From positions 41,046,001 through 41,110,000 of the forward strand of contig OZ249436.1 of assembly GCA_965235115.1 (NCBI GenBank): 64,000 nucleotides of DNA, given 5' to 3'. This document shows, piece after piece, positions 62,740 through 64,000 of the stretch (positions are counted from its first letter, which is position 1; each line of letters starts with the position of its first letter). The notes beneath the pieces are model-generated. The model was not told the DNA's origin. It saw nothing but the letters and a program-made list of their open reading frames with translations, and searched no databases. The translations under genes and the position numbers were made by a program. This DNA comes from Laetmonice hystrix (taxonomy: Eukaryota).

Positions 62740-64000
62740 GTAACCGCTGCACGGCTGGGGTGAGCGCACTCTAGAGGCGGGGGGGGGGGGGGGGGGGGCT
62801 TTGAAATAGTCCAGGCCTGCTTGGCCCAAGCCTTCCAACCATCTAGCCGCTATGTGGTGGAGCCCTGATCAGGACTCTCAATCTCAGTGACCACCCTGTT
62901 TAATCTACATTTAGGCTACCCCCTGCCCATTTCCCCCGCCTCTGCCTTCAGTGGCAATTACCTACATCTGGCTTAAATTGGTGGACACGTGCCCCTTTAC
63001 TTTTTAGTCAGTTAAACATTCTTGCCGATGGACCCCTCTGAACTAAAAAGCATACTCTCACAAACGCCGGGTGTCGAGAGTGAAGTTATGACTTATGTAT
63101 AGGCCTAAGGGGCAGACCATTTAATAGCGGGGGGGAGGGTATGGTTTTTCCTTCTGACCAAACTTTTTTTTTTGCTTCCAACAAAAAACAAACAATTTTT
63201 TTTTTATCCCTAATCAAAAGCAAACAATTTTTTTTCCGAGGTGGCAGAGACAAACTTTTTTTTCCAGGACATAATTCTGCAGCAACTATTGTGTTATCCC
63301 GTAAATTTCTGTTCCACAGACATAGGCGCCGGAAGATATTCACAGGTGGGCGGGGGGGGGCACCAAATCATAGGTCCCAAGTTCCAAGTTTTGAAATGCT
63401 GGTGATAAGAACGTCGAAGGCGCGAAGTCTCGAGCGGGGGTCTGGGGGCCCTCCCCCGAAAAAAAATTGAAAAATAAAGTGCCAAATACACGCTTTCCTG
63501 GCATCTGGGAACAAAATCTAGGCCCTCTGTCGACGGTCTGACCATCTCCTGCCACCTTGGAGCTGGGGGGAGGGGAACTATATGCTTGCCCCCCAGCTTT
63601 TGAGCTGGGGGTGGGGGGGGGGAGGGGGCAACAAAAGGGGGCAACAAAAGGGGGGTACTTTTATAATAGACTATGAAACGGATTGGAAGTTCTAATTGTC
63701 TTCACACATTTGTGGGCTTTCAAATATCTTGTAGTGCAAGCGAATGTCTACATGAAACAATTGATCAAGTTATACATACTAGTATTCAATTGCATGTCAT
63801 AATTGTTCAGACTGATATGTTTTACTCAGTATTGTATAGAGTATGCCTAAATAAAACTGCTGACCTAGCGGAGCGAGGAAAATTTTTGGTCTTCTTTTAA
63901 TTTTTTAGCAGTTTCGGGCAGATTTTTTTTTATAAATCTGCTTCCTGTCAACAATCTATTTTTTTCACACACATTGCTAAACAAACTATTTTTTTCACAC

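Overview
Intron-rich, repeat-rich genomic DNA of an invertebrate animal (the taxon cannot be fixed from sequence alone). Splice sites and phases read by eye give eight protein-coding genes: (1) the 3' part (17 exons, about 947 aa) of a MET/RON-type receptor tyrosine kinase whose ectodomain reads EGF-like, EGF, ephrin-receptor-like Cys repeat, then plexin-like IPT domains, instead of Sema-PSI-IPT; (2) an Uncx/unc-4-like PRD homeobox gene with eh1 and OAR motifs; (3) a Goliath-like PA-TM protein with no visible RING; (4) an NT5C/NT5M deoxyribonucleotidase; (5) a TMEM243-like gene whose 5' exons appear to interleave with those of the nucleotidase on the opposite strand; (6) an ankyrin-DHHC palmitoyltransferase with a U12-type intron lacking a well-placed AG acceptor; (7) an uncharacterised secreted protein; (8) the first exon of a flavin amine oxidase. 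The rest is minisatellite arrays and non-autonomous transposons (EnSpm-, Kolobok-, Harbinger-, Tc1/mariner-, Ginger- and hAT-like, plus a LINE remnant). All gene models are predictions without expression data.
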